DNA from: a virus
Taxonomy: Duplodnaviria > Heunggongvirae > Uroviricota > Caudoviricetes
Strand: one strand, 5' to 3'
Length of the DNA stretch: 64,000 bases
Virus record (IMG/VR): IMGVR_UViG_3300022562_000399
Shown: piece by piece, positions 52,062 through 60,132 of the stretch
Numbering within the stretch: position 1 is the first letter of the stretch
Layout of the letters: the number at the start of each line of letters is the position of its first letter
Position numbers and translations under genes: made by a program
The notes under the pieces: model-generated
What the model was told of the DNA's origin: nothing
What the model saw: only the letters and a program-made list of their open reading frames with translations
Databases searched by the model: none

Positions 52062-53012
52062 CTATTCGTTTATTGCGACGCGCTCCCGTAGAAGTTCGCG
52101 TAGCTCCTCGGCGTCCAGTTCTCCTGGGTCTTTCTTCCCAGCCGGGAGGTGCACGACACCGAAGACTTGCACCCCCTTCGTCCAGTTGATCAAGTTGCGC
52201 CGTGCACGAGTCCCTGCCTCGTCGTTGTCGAAGCACACGTGGATCTCGGCCGCGCCGTTCAATCTCTCTGCTTTCTCTTTGCTGAATGTGGCCGACAGGG
52301 GGCAGATCACCTGCTTGGTGACTTCCAACACGCGCGCCAAGTCAAAGACGCTCTCCACCACCACCAACGGCTCGTCCAAGTTTATCCAGTGCTCTCCCAG
52401 CCAGATCTGCGGATTCGTCCCGTCCTTGTACGGGTACATGCGATACTTCGGCTCCTTCCCAGTGACCGACCTACCATGCAGTCCTCGAAGCCGCCCTTGG
52501 AAGTCCCGAACCGGGAAGCAGATCCGTTGCCGCGTCCAATCGAATCGTAGGTCCAAGAACTCCGCAACGTACGATGGCGTCTTGCGTTGCTCCAAGTACC
52601 AGTGCGTGTTCACGCGGGGGAAGGACGCCAGCCACTCCTCGGGGAACAAAAGGGTCTCGCGTGTCTGGCGCCCCTTCCAGTGCTCTTCGTACGAACCGAG
52701 CGAAGGATCGAAAAGTTCCGGGTCCTTCGCCTCTGGCGCACTCAGTAAGTGCCGGGCTCCGGCGTAGTCGATTCCCTCCACGCCATAATACCACAACTCC
52801 AACAGCAGGTCGAAGTAGGACCCACTGAACCCGCACGAGAAGCAGTGCACGTGATCTGCCTCCGTCGAGAACCCGAACGACGGGTTGCGGTCGGTCCCTC
52901 GGGAGTGGCGGAACTGCGCCAAGGGGCAGGACACCGTCAGGTATCCCACCCCTGGCTCGCCCCCCTTGATCCCAAGCAACTCTATGAACCGCTTGAGGGG
53001 TTCCCCGTTCAC
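52062..53012 (-). CDS. DnaG-type DNA primase (zinc finger + TOPRIM)
   Basis: CPLAQFRH...HCFSCGFSG zinc-binding. TOPRIM VVVVESVFD and CFDNDEAG. Confidence 0.7.
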   Translation of the reverse strand: MNGEPLKRFIELLGIKGGEPGVGYLTVSCPLAQFRHSRGTDRNPSFGFSTEADHVHCFSCGFSGSYFDLLLELWYYGVEGIDYAGARHLLSAPEAKDPELFDPSLGSYEEHWKGRQTRETLLFPEEWLASFPRVNTHWYLEQRKTPSYVAEFLDLRFDWTRQRICFPVRDFQGRLRGLHGRSVTGKEPKYRMYPYKDGTNPQIWLGEHWINLDEPLVVVESVFDLARVLEVTKQVICPLSATFSKEKAERLNGAAEIHVCFDNDEAGTRARRNLINWTKGVQVFGVVHLPAGKKDPGELDAEELRELLRERVAINE

Positions 53013-53467
53013 GCCTTGCCGAAGGTCGCCCTACGCGAGCCTGGCTCCGTGGTCACGTACTTGTCCGCCTCTGCGTCGGACAGCGCCGCGTCCAGCTTTG
53101 CCAGCGGAATCTCCAGGAAGGCGTACGGGTCAGCGCCCGTTGCCTTGATCGCCGCCAAGGCTCCCTTCTTGTCAGTCACCTTGCGAGCCTTGGAGCACGG
53201 GGAGACGTTCAGCATCGTGCCGTCCGTGCCAATCACCGTGGCGTCTTCGTAGTCTCCGAGCCCTTCCGTGACCTCTGCCACCAGCGCCTTCTTCGCCTTC
53301 TCGAAGGGGTCGATCACCGCCTTCTTGAACTTCTTGATCTCGGCGTCGATTGCCGCCAGATCCGCTACGCGGGATGCAAGCGTCGTCTCTCCGTCCCCAT
53401 CGGTAAAGATGTCCGGCAAAAGTTCGTATGCCGCCGCATCCTTGGTCTTCTTCTTCTTCGCTGCCAT
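53009..53467 (-). CDS. Hypothetical protein
   Basis: ORF. GTGA overlap with the primase start. Confidence 0.3.
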   Translation of the reverse strand: MAAKKKKTKDAAAYELLPDIFTDGDGETTLASRVADLAAIDAEIKKFKKAVIDPFEKAKKALVAEVTEGLGDYEDATVIGTDGTMLNVSPCSKARKVTDKKGALAAIKATGADPYAFLEIPLAKLDAALSDAEADKYVTTEPGSRRATFGKA

Positions 53468-53572
53468 CGTGTTCTCCTTCTCTCAGTTGGAACTGGGCCC
53501 CAAGTCGATCCCCTCGTTTTCGTCCGCTCTCGCGTCCCTGGGGGCATGTGCTTGGGGCCCTTCGTTCATCTT

Positions 53573-53602
53573 CAAGCTAGCTGGTTTCCGCTCCCGTGTC
53601 AA
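53573..53602 (-). promoter_or_regulatory. Promoter: TTGACA-N17-TAGCTT
   Basis: gatagggcTTGACAcgggagcggaaaccagcTAGCTTgaagatg. Confidence 0.5.
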
Positions 53603-53808
53603 GCCCTATCGGTCGAAGTCGAAGAAGATGTCCTCGGGCTCGAAGTCGTCGGGGGCGTTCCCCCGGTCGTTGCCGTCGTTGGCGTAGACCGCGTACTCGT
53701 CGCACATGCCCTCGATCTCCTCGTCCGTCAGGCCGTCGTAGTTGCCTTCCGTGAAGCCGAACAGGTTGGGTCTTGCGTCTTCCATGACTCGTTCCTCCCT
53801 ACAGTTCC

Positions 53809-53837
53809 AAGGTACGCCCGCAGCCCACCATTGTCAA
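53809..53837 (-). promoter_or_regulatory. Conserved phage promoter: TTGACA-N17-TACCTT
   Basis: gagggcTTGACAatggtgggctgcgggcgTACCTTggaactgtagggagg. The palindromic motif lies just upstream. Confidence 0.55.
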
Positions 53838-53844
53838 GCCCTCG

Positions 53845-53860
53845 TTGCAATTATCTTCAC
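53845..53860. repeat. 16-mer variant TTGCAATTATCTTCAC adjacent to a promoter
   Basis: One mismatch in the core. Confidence 0.4.
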
Positions 53861-55146
53861 TCGTAGAACCCGTTGAATCCGCCACCCTGCTCGATCTCCG
53901 AGTAGTCCATGCCGATGAAGTCCCAGCGGACCGAGAATTGGCCGGTCTCCCCAGACCGCCCCTTCATCACCTGGATCACGCGCTCGCTCTGGGCCTCGAT
54001 GTCGTTCGGCTGTAGCAGGCCCAGGACCACCGACGAGATCTGCCCCACGGCGTCCGTGTAGCCGATGTCGCCCAGGCCCGCCTTCTGGTCCTTCTTCAAC
54101 TTCTCGACCCCTCTGGCGAACTGCCACGACGACACCAGCGGCACGTTCAGTCCCGCAGCCACCCGACTCTTCAACGCCTCCATGTTGTCGGCCGCTCGCG
54201 TGTATCGGTCGTCCTTGCTGGTCTTGGCAGGCGACCGCAGAAGGTAGGCACCGTCCACGTAGATGATGCCGGGCTTCAACTGCTTGGCCAGGGCGTACAC
54301 GTCGTCCACGGTCGCCGTCAGGTTACCGTCCACCACCCACAGCCCCTCCTGCATCTTCTTGTTCGCCTCCAGCTTGGCCTTGTACTTGGCTAGGCTCGAC
54401 TGCTTCGAGCCCTTCGGGAAGACGAAGTTCTCCAACTCGCACGCTCGGATCTTGCCGATGGGAACCTCCGCAGAGATCGCCGCCAACCTCTCCATGACCA
54501 GGTAGCGCGACATTTCCATGGACACGAACAACACCGGCACGTTCTGCTCCCACGCGCACAGGGCCGAGTAGAGCATGAAGTACGTTTTGCCCATGCCGGG
54601 TCGCCCGACGATGGAGATGGTGTCGCCCCCGTGGAAGCCCTTCCCTTCGTTGTCCACCGTGGGCCACCCCAACCGCACGCCTTGCTTCTTGCCCTTCTGC
54701 TCGGCCACGTAGGTGGCGATCAGTTCGTCACCTGCAAAGCGAAAGTCAGACAGCGCGTTGCCGTAGCTCAACTGCTCCAGGTGCAGGACCACCTCTCGCA
54801 CGATCTCGAAGGCTGCCTCCGTGTCCTTGACTCCGACTTTGAGAAGGTCCGACGCCTTGGGCAGAGCCTCGCGCAGCACGCGGTCCGTGTACCGCTTCTT
54901 CAAGTGGTCCAGGTAGTAGCTCGGGGGCTCCATGTCGCCTGGCTCGACCTCGTCCATCGTGTGCTTCTCGATGGTGCCTGGCTTGGGGATCACGCCGTGC
55001 TTCTTGACGTGGTCGATGATGTAGTCGAACACCTCCCGCTCGCCCTCGGTGAACAGGTGCTCGATGTTGCCGCAGTCCAACAGGTCGCGCGCCGACCCGT
55101 GGTACACGAGGCTCGACAAGAACTGCTTGCCTAGTGACTCCGCCAT
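53857..55146 (-). CDS. DnaB-family replicative helicase
   Basis: Walker A IVGRPGMGKTYFML. FVSMEMS. IIYVDGAYLL. KGRSGE. Confidence 0.8.
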   Translation of the reverse strand: MAESLGKQFLSSLVYHGSARDLLDCGNIEHLFTEGEREVFDYIIDHVKKHGVIPKPGTIEKHTMDEVEPGDMEPPSYYLDHLKKRYTDRVLREALPKASDLLKVGVKDTEAAFEIVREVVLHLEQLSYGNALSDFRFAGDELIATYVAEQKGKKQGVRLGWPTVDNEGKGFHGGDTISIVGRPGMGKTYFMLYSALCAWEQNVPVLFVSMEMSRYLVMERLAAISAEVPIGKIRACELENFVFPKGSKQSSLAKYKAKLEANKKMQEGLWVVDGNLTATVDDVYALAKQLKPGIIYVDGAYLLRSPAKTSKDDRYTRAADNMEALKSRVAAGLNVPLVSSWQFARGVEKLKKDQKAGLGDIGYTDAVGQISSVVLGLLQPNDIEAQSERVIQVMKGRSGETGQFSVRWDFIGMDYSEIEQGGGFNGFYE

Positions 55147-55700
55147 TAGTCGATCCTCATGGAGTTGAACGTACCGTTGATCCAGGACGCCAGCGCGGTG
55201 CCGTGCACCTTGGCCAGCAACGTCAGCGACTGAGCGTACAGCACCGTGCTCTTGTGCTCCAGTACTCGCGTCTGCAAGAGGCCGCGCAGCTTCATGCGCG
55301 CGTCGGCCTTCATCTCGTCCGATGCTATCGCGAAGTCCGGCACCAACAAGAACGACATGGGCTCAGGTGGCCCGTCGTTGTAGAACCAGTCCATCACCGC
55401 AGACAGCGGGCGGATCTTCGCGTCCTTGTAGTTGCGCAGTGCCCAACCGGCCACGCGCCCCATGACCATGTGCGGGTCGATCTTGCCTAGGATCAGCAGG
55501 CCGGGGCTCCAGTCGTCGCGGAACAGTCGGCACCACTCCACCACTCCCGGTGGTAGGTCGTCGGTGATCGACGTGGTCACGTCCTCGACCGTGCAGCCAG
55601 CCTCGCGGATGTACTCCTCCAGGTTGGCCACCAGTCGCGCGTGGTGCAGGGGGTCCAAGACCCCACTCTTGAACAAGTGGTCCGTGGGCTTCACGAGCAA
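55146..55700 (-). CDS. Hypothetical protein, possible helicase loader or accessory
   Basis: TTG/ATT-region start preceded by GGAGG. The palindromic 16-mer lies immediately upstream. TAATG overlap with dnaB. Confidence 0.3.
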   Translation of the reverse strand: MLVKPTDHLFKSGVLDPLHHARLVANLEEYIREAGCTVEDVTTSITDDLPPGVVEWCRLFRDDWSPGLLILGKIDPHMVMGRVAGWALRNYKDAKIRPLSAVMDWFYNDGPPEPMSFLLVPDFAIASDEMKADARMKLRGLLQTRVLEHKSTVLYAQSLTLLAKVHGTALASWINGTFNSMRID

Positions 55701-55709
55701 TGCCTCCTC

Positions 55710-55725
55710 AGTGCAGATAGTTGCA
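55710..55725. repeat. 16-mer (reverse orientation) GTGCAGATAGTTGCAT immediately upstream of the RBS of gene 55146..55700
   Basis: Reverse complement ATGCAACTATCTGCAC. Confidence 0.45.
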
Positions 55726-55833
55726 TCGCGCGGGTCTCACGACGCTTGACGCTTTGCCGGTGCATGTCGTTCAGGTAGTTCAGCCCCACCAGCACGACGA
55801 TGGCCCACAGCCACCAGTACAGCCCCGTCAGGA

Positions 55834-56823
55834 TCACTGGTCGCCCCAGACGAACGGCTTTGGCTTCTGGAGGGCTCCAGACGCTTGCGAGGGCCCAGAG
55901 TCCTCCGGGGACCCGTTCGTCGCTCCTGGCAAGCTACGCGCAGCCACGGACGATTCTCGCCACAAGGCGATGGCCGCCAGGGGAAACCGACCCAGGTCGT
56001 GGAAGCACGGAGCCTTCGAGGTGCCGAACCCTCCGAAGTCGTTCTTGGCCGTGGCGCAGAACGAGGTCCAGTCTTTCAGGACCACCACGAGCACTTCACT
56101 CGCCGGGATCTTGTTCTCCTTGCAGGTGCCCAGGAACAACTTGGCGCCAGCCATCTCTCGGCCACTCATGGCCAGGTGGTCGCCTTTGTAGACCCGCTTG
56201 TAGATGCCGTGCAGCTTGTGACAAGACTGCTCCGTGCACGCCATGAGATCGGCCAGCTTCTTCTTGCTCTTCTCTCGGACCATGCCTTCTGCTTCCGATG
56301 CCTTCATGCTCTCTCCGTCTTCTTGACCACCGGCAATCTCCTCTTCAACCCCCGGTTCTAAGATCCTCTTTAGATCCATTAAAGGAGGGGAGGCCGTACC
56401 ACCGGCAAAAACTCCATCGACCAGCGGCAATGATTGCCGGTGGTCAGCCTCTTCGATTGCCGGTGGTCGGACCACCCAAGCCTTCACGATCTTGCCTTTG
56501 CCAACTCTCTTGTTGGTCGTCTCCTTCTCGATCAGCCCAGCCCTTTGCAGGTCCGAAAGTGCCAACCGGATCGTGCGCTCCTTGTATCCGGTGCGCACTT
56601 CCCACACCTCAATCGGCCATGCCACGCAGGGCTCGCCGGTGGACGACTTCTCCACCGACTTCGGCGCCAGCCGTTGCACGAGACCAAGCACAACTGATGG
56701 GGCTGTGTCAGAACGAACAGGGGAGGCCCCTTTCGAGACCTCCCCCGCCGCGTGCGCCCCCAACCCAACCGTCCTCTCCTTCCGCGTCTTTCCTACCGAC
56801 GGGAAGCGGATCACCTCACCCAC
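55834..56823 (-). CDS. Winged-helix DNA-binding protein (replication-initiator-like)
   Basis: ERTIRLALSDLQRAGLIEKE wH motif. GTG start with GGAGG. Confidence 0.35.
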   Translation of the reverse strand: MGEVIRFPSVGKTRKERTVGLGAHAAGEVSKGASPVRSDTAPSVVLGLVQRLAPKSVEKSSTGEPCVAWPIEVWEVRTGYKERTIRLALSDLQRAGLIEKETTNKRVGKGKIVKAWVVRPPAIEEADHRQSLPLVDGVFAGGTASPPLMDLKRILEPGVEEEIAGGQEDGESMKASEAEGMVREKSKKKLADLMACTEQSCHKLHGIYKRVYKGDHLAMSGREMAGAKLFLGTCKENKIPASEVLVVVLKDWTSFCATAKNDFGGFGTSKAPCFHDLGRFPLAAIALWRESSVAARSLPGATNGSPEDSGPSQASGALQKPKPFVWGDQ

Positions 56824-56853
56824 TCACAACCTCCAGCCACTCGCGCGCACAGT

Positions 56854-57381
56854 CTAGTGAATCTCGCCCGCAGGGGTGAGGTTCAGGAAGAAGTCCTCCA
56901 GCAGCGTGGAGTTGGGGTCCTCGGGGTCGATGGCCTGCGCCGACAGCATGGCCCCATGCTTGAACTCCAGCAGCTTGTTGAAGGTCTTGTCCAGATACGC
57001 CTTCAACTGGTCCAGGGTCAACAGGTTCGACCCCTGGGGACACATGCCCAGGATGTCGTTGGCGAACATCTCACCGAACGAGGGGGCGTTCTCCATGCCC
57101 TGCTTCAAGTCCGTCAGCGTGCCCTCGACCACCGAGCCTAGGATCACGCTCGCGCGGATCACGTCAGCCTTGGCGAACTGCACGCCCCAGTCCAGCAGCA
57201 TCTTCGGATCGCTCACCGCTTTGCCGTCCTCGCGGGACGAGCGGATGCGCAGGCCGATCAGATGGCCAGACCCCTTCTCGGTCGTGAACGGGTCGATCAA
57301 GACCTTGACTCCTAAGCACAGACCGTCGTGCTTGGCCACCACCTCGTAGTCCTTCGCTCCGTTGGTTCCCTTCATCTTCAT
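56854..57381 (-). CDS. Hypothetical protein
   Basis: ATG with AAGGAGG. Confidence 0.35.
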   Translation of the reverse strand: MKMKGTNGAKDYEVVAKHDGLCLGVKVLIDPFTTEKGSGHLIGLRIRSSREDGKAVSDPKMLLDWGVQFAKADVIRASVILGSVVEGTLTDLKQGMENAPSFGEMFANDILGMCPQGSNLLTLDQLKAYLDKTFNKLLEFKHGAMLSAQAIDPEDPNSTLLEDFFLNLTPAGEIH

Positions 57382-57411
57382 CTCAGTGGACCTCCTTGTT
57401 CCTCTTCCAGC

Positions 57412-58623
57412 CTAGCTGGCTTTCTCGTCCAAGTCAACAGCCGCCTTGTTCAAGTGATACTTGACCAAAGTGTAGACCACCTGGGTCACTTCCGCGTGCG
57501 GAATGTGCGTGGTTTCGCTCTTCTTCTGCAACCAGGAAGTCAGGTACTTGTCGAAGTCGAACGGGTTCTCTATGAAGTCGAACGTCTCCAGCACTTGGTG
57601 TGCAAACGTCTTCACCTGCCCAACTGGCAAGCCCTCGAAGCGCCGCACCAGGTCGATGCGCCCAGGCCGGTAGACCTCCGGAGGGATCGCCGTCAGGTCG
57701 TTGGTTGTCATGAGAACGAACACGCGCGAGGTGTGCTCTTGCAGCCACCACAGCAACGAGGCCAGCAGGCTCGATGTGGTGCCACCGTCGTGTTGTTCGG
57801 AGAACAGCTTCTCCGTCTCGTCGAGAACGATCACGCAGGGGTCTTCTTGGTCCACCTTGGCCAGGGCTTCTCCGAGCCTGCCCTCCGACTGGCCCACGTA
57901 CTTGCCCTTGATCGCGCCCAGGTCGAGACGATACAGAGGCACGCCCCACGTGCGGGCGATGTACTTGGCAGCCATCGTCTTGCCGGTGCCTGGGGGGCCG
58001 TCTGCCATGATGCCTCGCGGGCGCAGCCGCTCGTCCGGTGGGTTGAAGAAGAACGCCTTCTCCGTCGTTGCGTACTTGTGCAGCCACGCGGGTGGGATGT
58101 ACAGCTTCTCGTTCGTTTCCACCTGCTCCAGGCCGCGCTGTTGGTTCACGAACGCCTTGCGCGTCTTGAGCATCCCCGCGCCGGACAGCAGACCGTCACG
58201 TGCTTGCGTGATGCGCACCGCCTCGCCCACTTCCGTCAACGTGAGGCCACCCAGGGCGGGCGTCAACTCCATGGCCGTGTCGGGCCCCAGCTTCTTCTCC
58301 AGCAGGGAGACCACCAGCTTCTTCGGGACTGGTAGCTGGCCGCAGTGGTGCACCAGCAAGCGATCCTTCAACGGGTTGAGGATCACCAGCGTGCTCTCTT
58401 GCTTGGCCAGCGCCGTGTACAGCGCACGCCCGTCTCCGATGCTCAGGGACTTATCGTCCAGGCCCGCGTAGAGGGTGTGGGGCTTCAACGTCTTCTCGGT
58501 TTGGCCCTTGAACTCCACGACCGTTCGGCCGGTCAGGTTGGCGATCACTCGCCGCGCGTTCAGCGTGTCAGTCGTCGTCACCGCCAGGAGCGGTAGTTGG
58601 GCCTTCACAGCTAGCTCTAACAT
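57412..58623 (-). CDS. Classical-clade AAA ATPase with N-terminal substrate-domain-like region
   Basis: Walker A GIMADGPPGTGKTMAAKYIA, Walker B CVIVLDETEK and sensor/Arg-finger region TTNDLTAIPPEVYRPGRID. Confidence 0.75.
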   Translation of the reverse strand: MLELAVKAQLPLLAVTTTDTLNARRVIANLTGRTVVEFKGQTEKTLKPHTLYAGLDDKSLSIGDGRALYTALAKQESTLVILNPLKDRLLVHHCGQLPVPKKLVVSLLEKKLGPDTAMELTPALGGLTLTEVGEAVRITQARDGLLSGAGMLKTRKAFVNQQRGLEQVETNEKLYIPPAWLHKYATTEKAFFFNPPDERLRPRGIMADGPPGTGKTMAAKYIARTWGVPLYRLDLGAIKGKYVGQSEGRLGEALAKVDQEDPCVIVLDETEKLFSEQHDGGTTSSLLASLLWWLQEHTSRVFVLMTTNDLTAIPPEVYRPGRIDLVRRFEGLPVGQVKTFAHQVLETFDFIENPFDFDKYLTSWLQKKSETTHIPHAEVTQVVYTLVKYHLNKAAVDLDEKAS

Positions 58624-58633
58624 CGTCCTCCTA

Positions 58634-58662
58634 CACTACGCCTCGAACCGGCGTGTGTCAAC
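58634..58662 (-). promoter_or_regulatory. Promoter: TTGACA-N17-TAGTGT
   Basis: Upstream of the AAA ATPase gene, followed by aggaggacgATG. Confidence 0.5.
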
Positions 58663-58848
58663 CAGTGGTCCGACGGACCTTGCGCGCCGCAGCCTTCCTA
58701 GCTCGGTTGTGTCGCGCTACGTACAGATCCAGATGAATGGCCATGTGCTCGTCTGGAGTCCTCCCAAACATGGCATTGGTTGCAGCGTGGGTCAGGCACG
58801 CTGGGCATGAGGCTGGGTGGTCAGTTCGATGTCCCGTCTTGGCCATGA

Positions 58849-59109
58849 CTACGCCTCCTCCTCGATCTCGCGCCAGCCCAGGATCTTGAGGTTGCGAATC
58901 CAGATCGCGACCTTGTTGGGGTCCTCGTGCAGCTCCCATCTCTCGGGAGTCTCTCCAGCCTTGGTGAGGCGGTAACGAATGCGTCCCAAACCCGCAGTCT
59001 CGAACTTGATCGTGGTGCCGTCCGGTCCTTCGTAGTGTCCAGTGACTCGTTCCATGGTTGGCCTCCTTGCCTTCACCTTCAAGGTAACTCGGCCCGCGCC
59101 GTTTGTCAA
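58849..59109 (-). CDS. Small hypothetical protein (paralog A)
   Basis: C-terminus AIWIRNLKILGWREIEEEA. Promoter at 59091-59118. Confidence 0.35.
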   Translation of the reverse strand: MTNGAGRVTLKVKARRPTMERVTGHYEGPDGTTIKFETAGLGRIRYRLTKAGETPERWELHEDPNKVAIWIRNLKILGWREIEEEA

Positions 59110-59118
59110 GCCCTACAG
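59091..59118 (-). promoter_or_regulatory. Conserved phage promoter: TTGACA-N17-TACCTT
   Basis: gtagggcTTGACAaacggcgcgggccgagtTACCTTgaaggtgaaggcaaGGAGGccaaccATG. Confidence 0.55.
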
Positions 59119-59328
59119 ACGCTCCTCCGTCCAGCCCAGCTTGGCGCAGTTCTCCGCCCAGATGGCCGCATCCGCGATGTGACGGTCGTGGGTGGCGGTG
59201 TGCTCGCCAGCGGGGTCCTCGACCAGGACCGTGACGTGCTCGGCGCCGCGCAGCACCTTGAAGGTGGCGGTCACGCCGACCGGGTTGGTGAAGCGAACGG
59301 TGTTGGTGATGTCGTTGGTGATCTTCAT
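59113..59328 (-). CDS. Small hypothetical protein (paralog B)
   Basis: C-terminus AIWAENCAKLGWTEERL. Promoter at 59368-59396. Confidence 0.35.
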   Translation of the reverse strand: MKITNDITNTVRFTNPVGVTATFKVLRGAEHVTVLVEDPAGEHTATHDRHIADAAIWAENCAKLGWTEERL

Positions 59329-59367
59329 GGCTATGTCCTCCGTGACGTTGTTCTTGCCTACAGTCCC

Positions 59368-59396
59368 AAGGTACTCCCAGGGAGCCCCTTTGTCAA
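59368..59396 (-). promoter_or_regulatory. Conserved phage promoter: TTGACA-N17-TACCTT
   Basis: gtagggaTTGACAaaggggctccctgggagTACCTTgggactgtagg. Confidence 0.55.
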
Positions 59397-59399
59397 TCC

Positions 59400-59702
59400 C
59401 TACAGAAGCCCAAGGGCTTCCATGCCCGCCAGTGTGATCCTCATGCCGTCAGCGCCTCTCACCGTCAGGCAGGGCTCGATGTACCGCTTGGCCAACAGCT
59501 TCTTGATCGCGTGGGGGTAGGCCGCCGTGCGCAGGACTCTCAGTGTCATGGGGCCGTTGTTGGCGATGGTGACCAGGGCCCAGTAGGTGGCCCCTCTCGG
59601 GTCCAGGCAAGGGTCGGTCGTCGTCACCAGGGGCTCATGGAGCAATCGCTCGATGTCCGTGGCGTCCAGGGGGTGGCATCTCTTGGCGTCCGTGCCGTTC
59701 AT
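59400..59702 (-). CDS. Hypothetical protein
   Basis: ATG with GGAGG RBS. Promoter at 59723-59751. Confidence 0.35.
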   Translation of the reverse strand: MNGTDAKRCHPLDATDIERLLHEPLVTTTDPCLDPRGATYWALVTIANNGPMTLRVLRTAAYPHAIKKLLAKRYIEPCLTVRGADGMRITLAGMEALGLL

Positions 59703-59722
59703 GTCTCATTACCTCCACCTTC

Positions 59723-59751
59723 AAGGTAGGGCATGTGGACCCCCGTGTCAA
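59723..59751 (-). promoter_or_regulatory. Conserved phage promoter: TTGACA-N17-TACCTT
   Basis: ggggTTGACAcgggggtccacatgcccTACCTTgaaggtggaggtaatgagacATG. Confidence 0.55.
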
Positions 59752-59759
59752 CCCCTTCA

Positions 59760-59775
59760 GTGCAGATAGTTGCAA
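59760..59775. repeat. 16-mer (reverse orientation) GTGCAGATAGTTGCAA next to the promoter at 59723-59751
   Basis: Reverse complement TTGCAACTATCTGCAC. Confidence 0.45.
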
Positions 59776-59843
59776 AAAGAAGCGCCCCACACTCCCCCCG
59801 CCGATTGGAGCAACCATTGGGGGAAGGGGGGCGTTCACCTACA

Positions 59844-59871
59844 AGGTAGGCCCGTCGGGGGAGTTTGTCAA
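59844..59871 (-). promoter_or_regulatory. Conserved phage promoter: TTGACA-N17-TACCTT
   Basis: Minus strand gggcTTGACAaactcccccgacgggccTACCTTgtaggtg. Confidence 0.55.
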
Positions 59872-60132
59872 GCCCTCAAACGGGAGGTGCCTTGGGTACG
59901 TCCAGCATGGACGTGTCGATCACCAGCAGGTCTTCGCCGGTCGTCTTGATGGCCGCAGAGATGGCGCGGTGAGCCTCAGGGGTCAGGGGCACCCCGGTGC
60001 GCTCACTCTCCTGCACTGCGGTCAGGTGTTTGTTCCATGCCTGGATCGCCGCCGCCGAAACGCCCGTGAGGGCCATCTCCGCGAGCTTGAGACCCAGACC
60101 GATCAGCAGCTCTTTGTTCTCGTTGCTCATGC

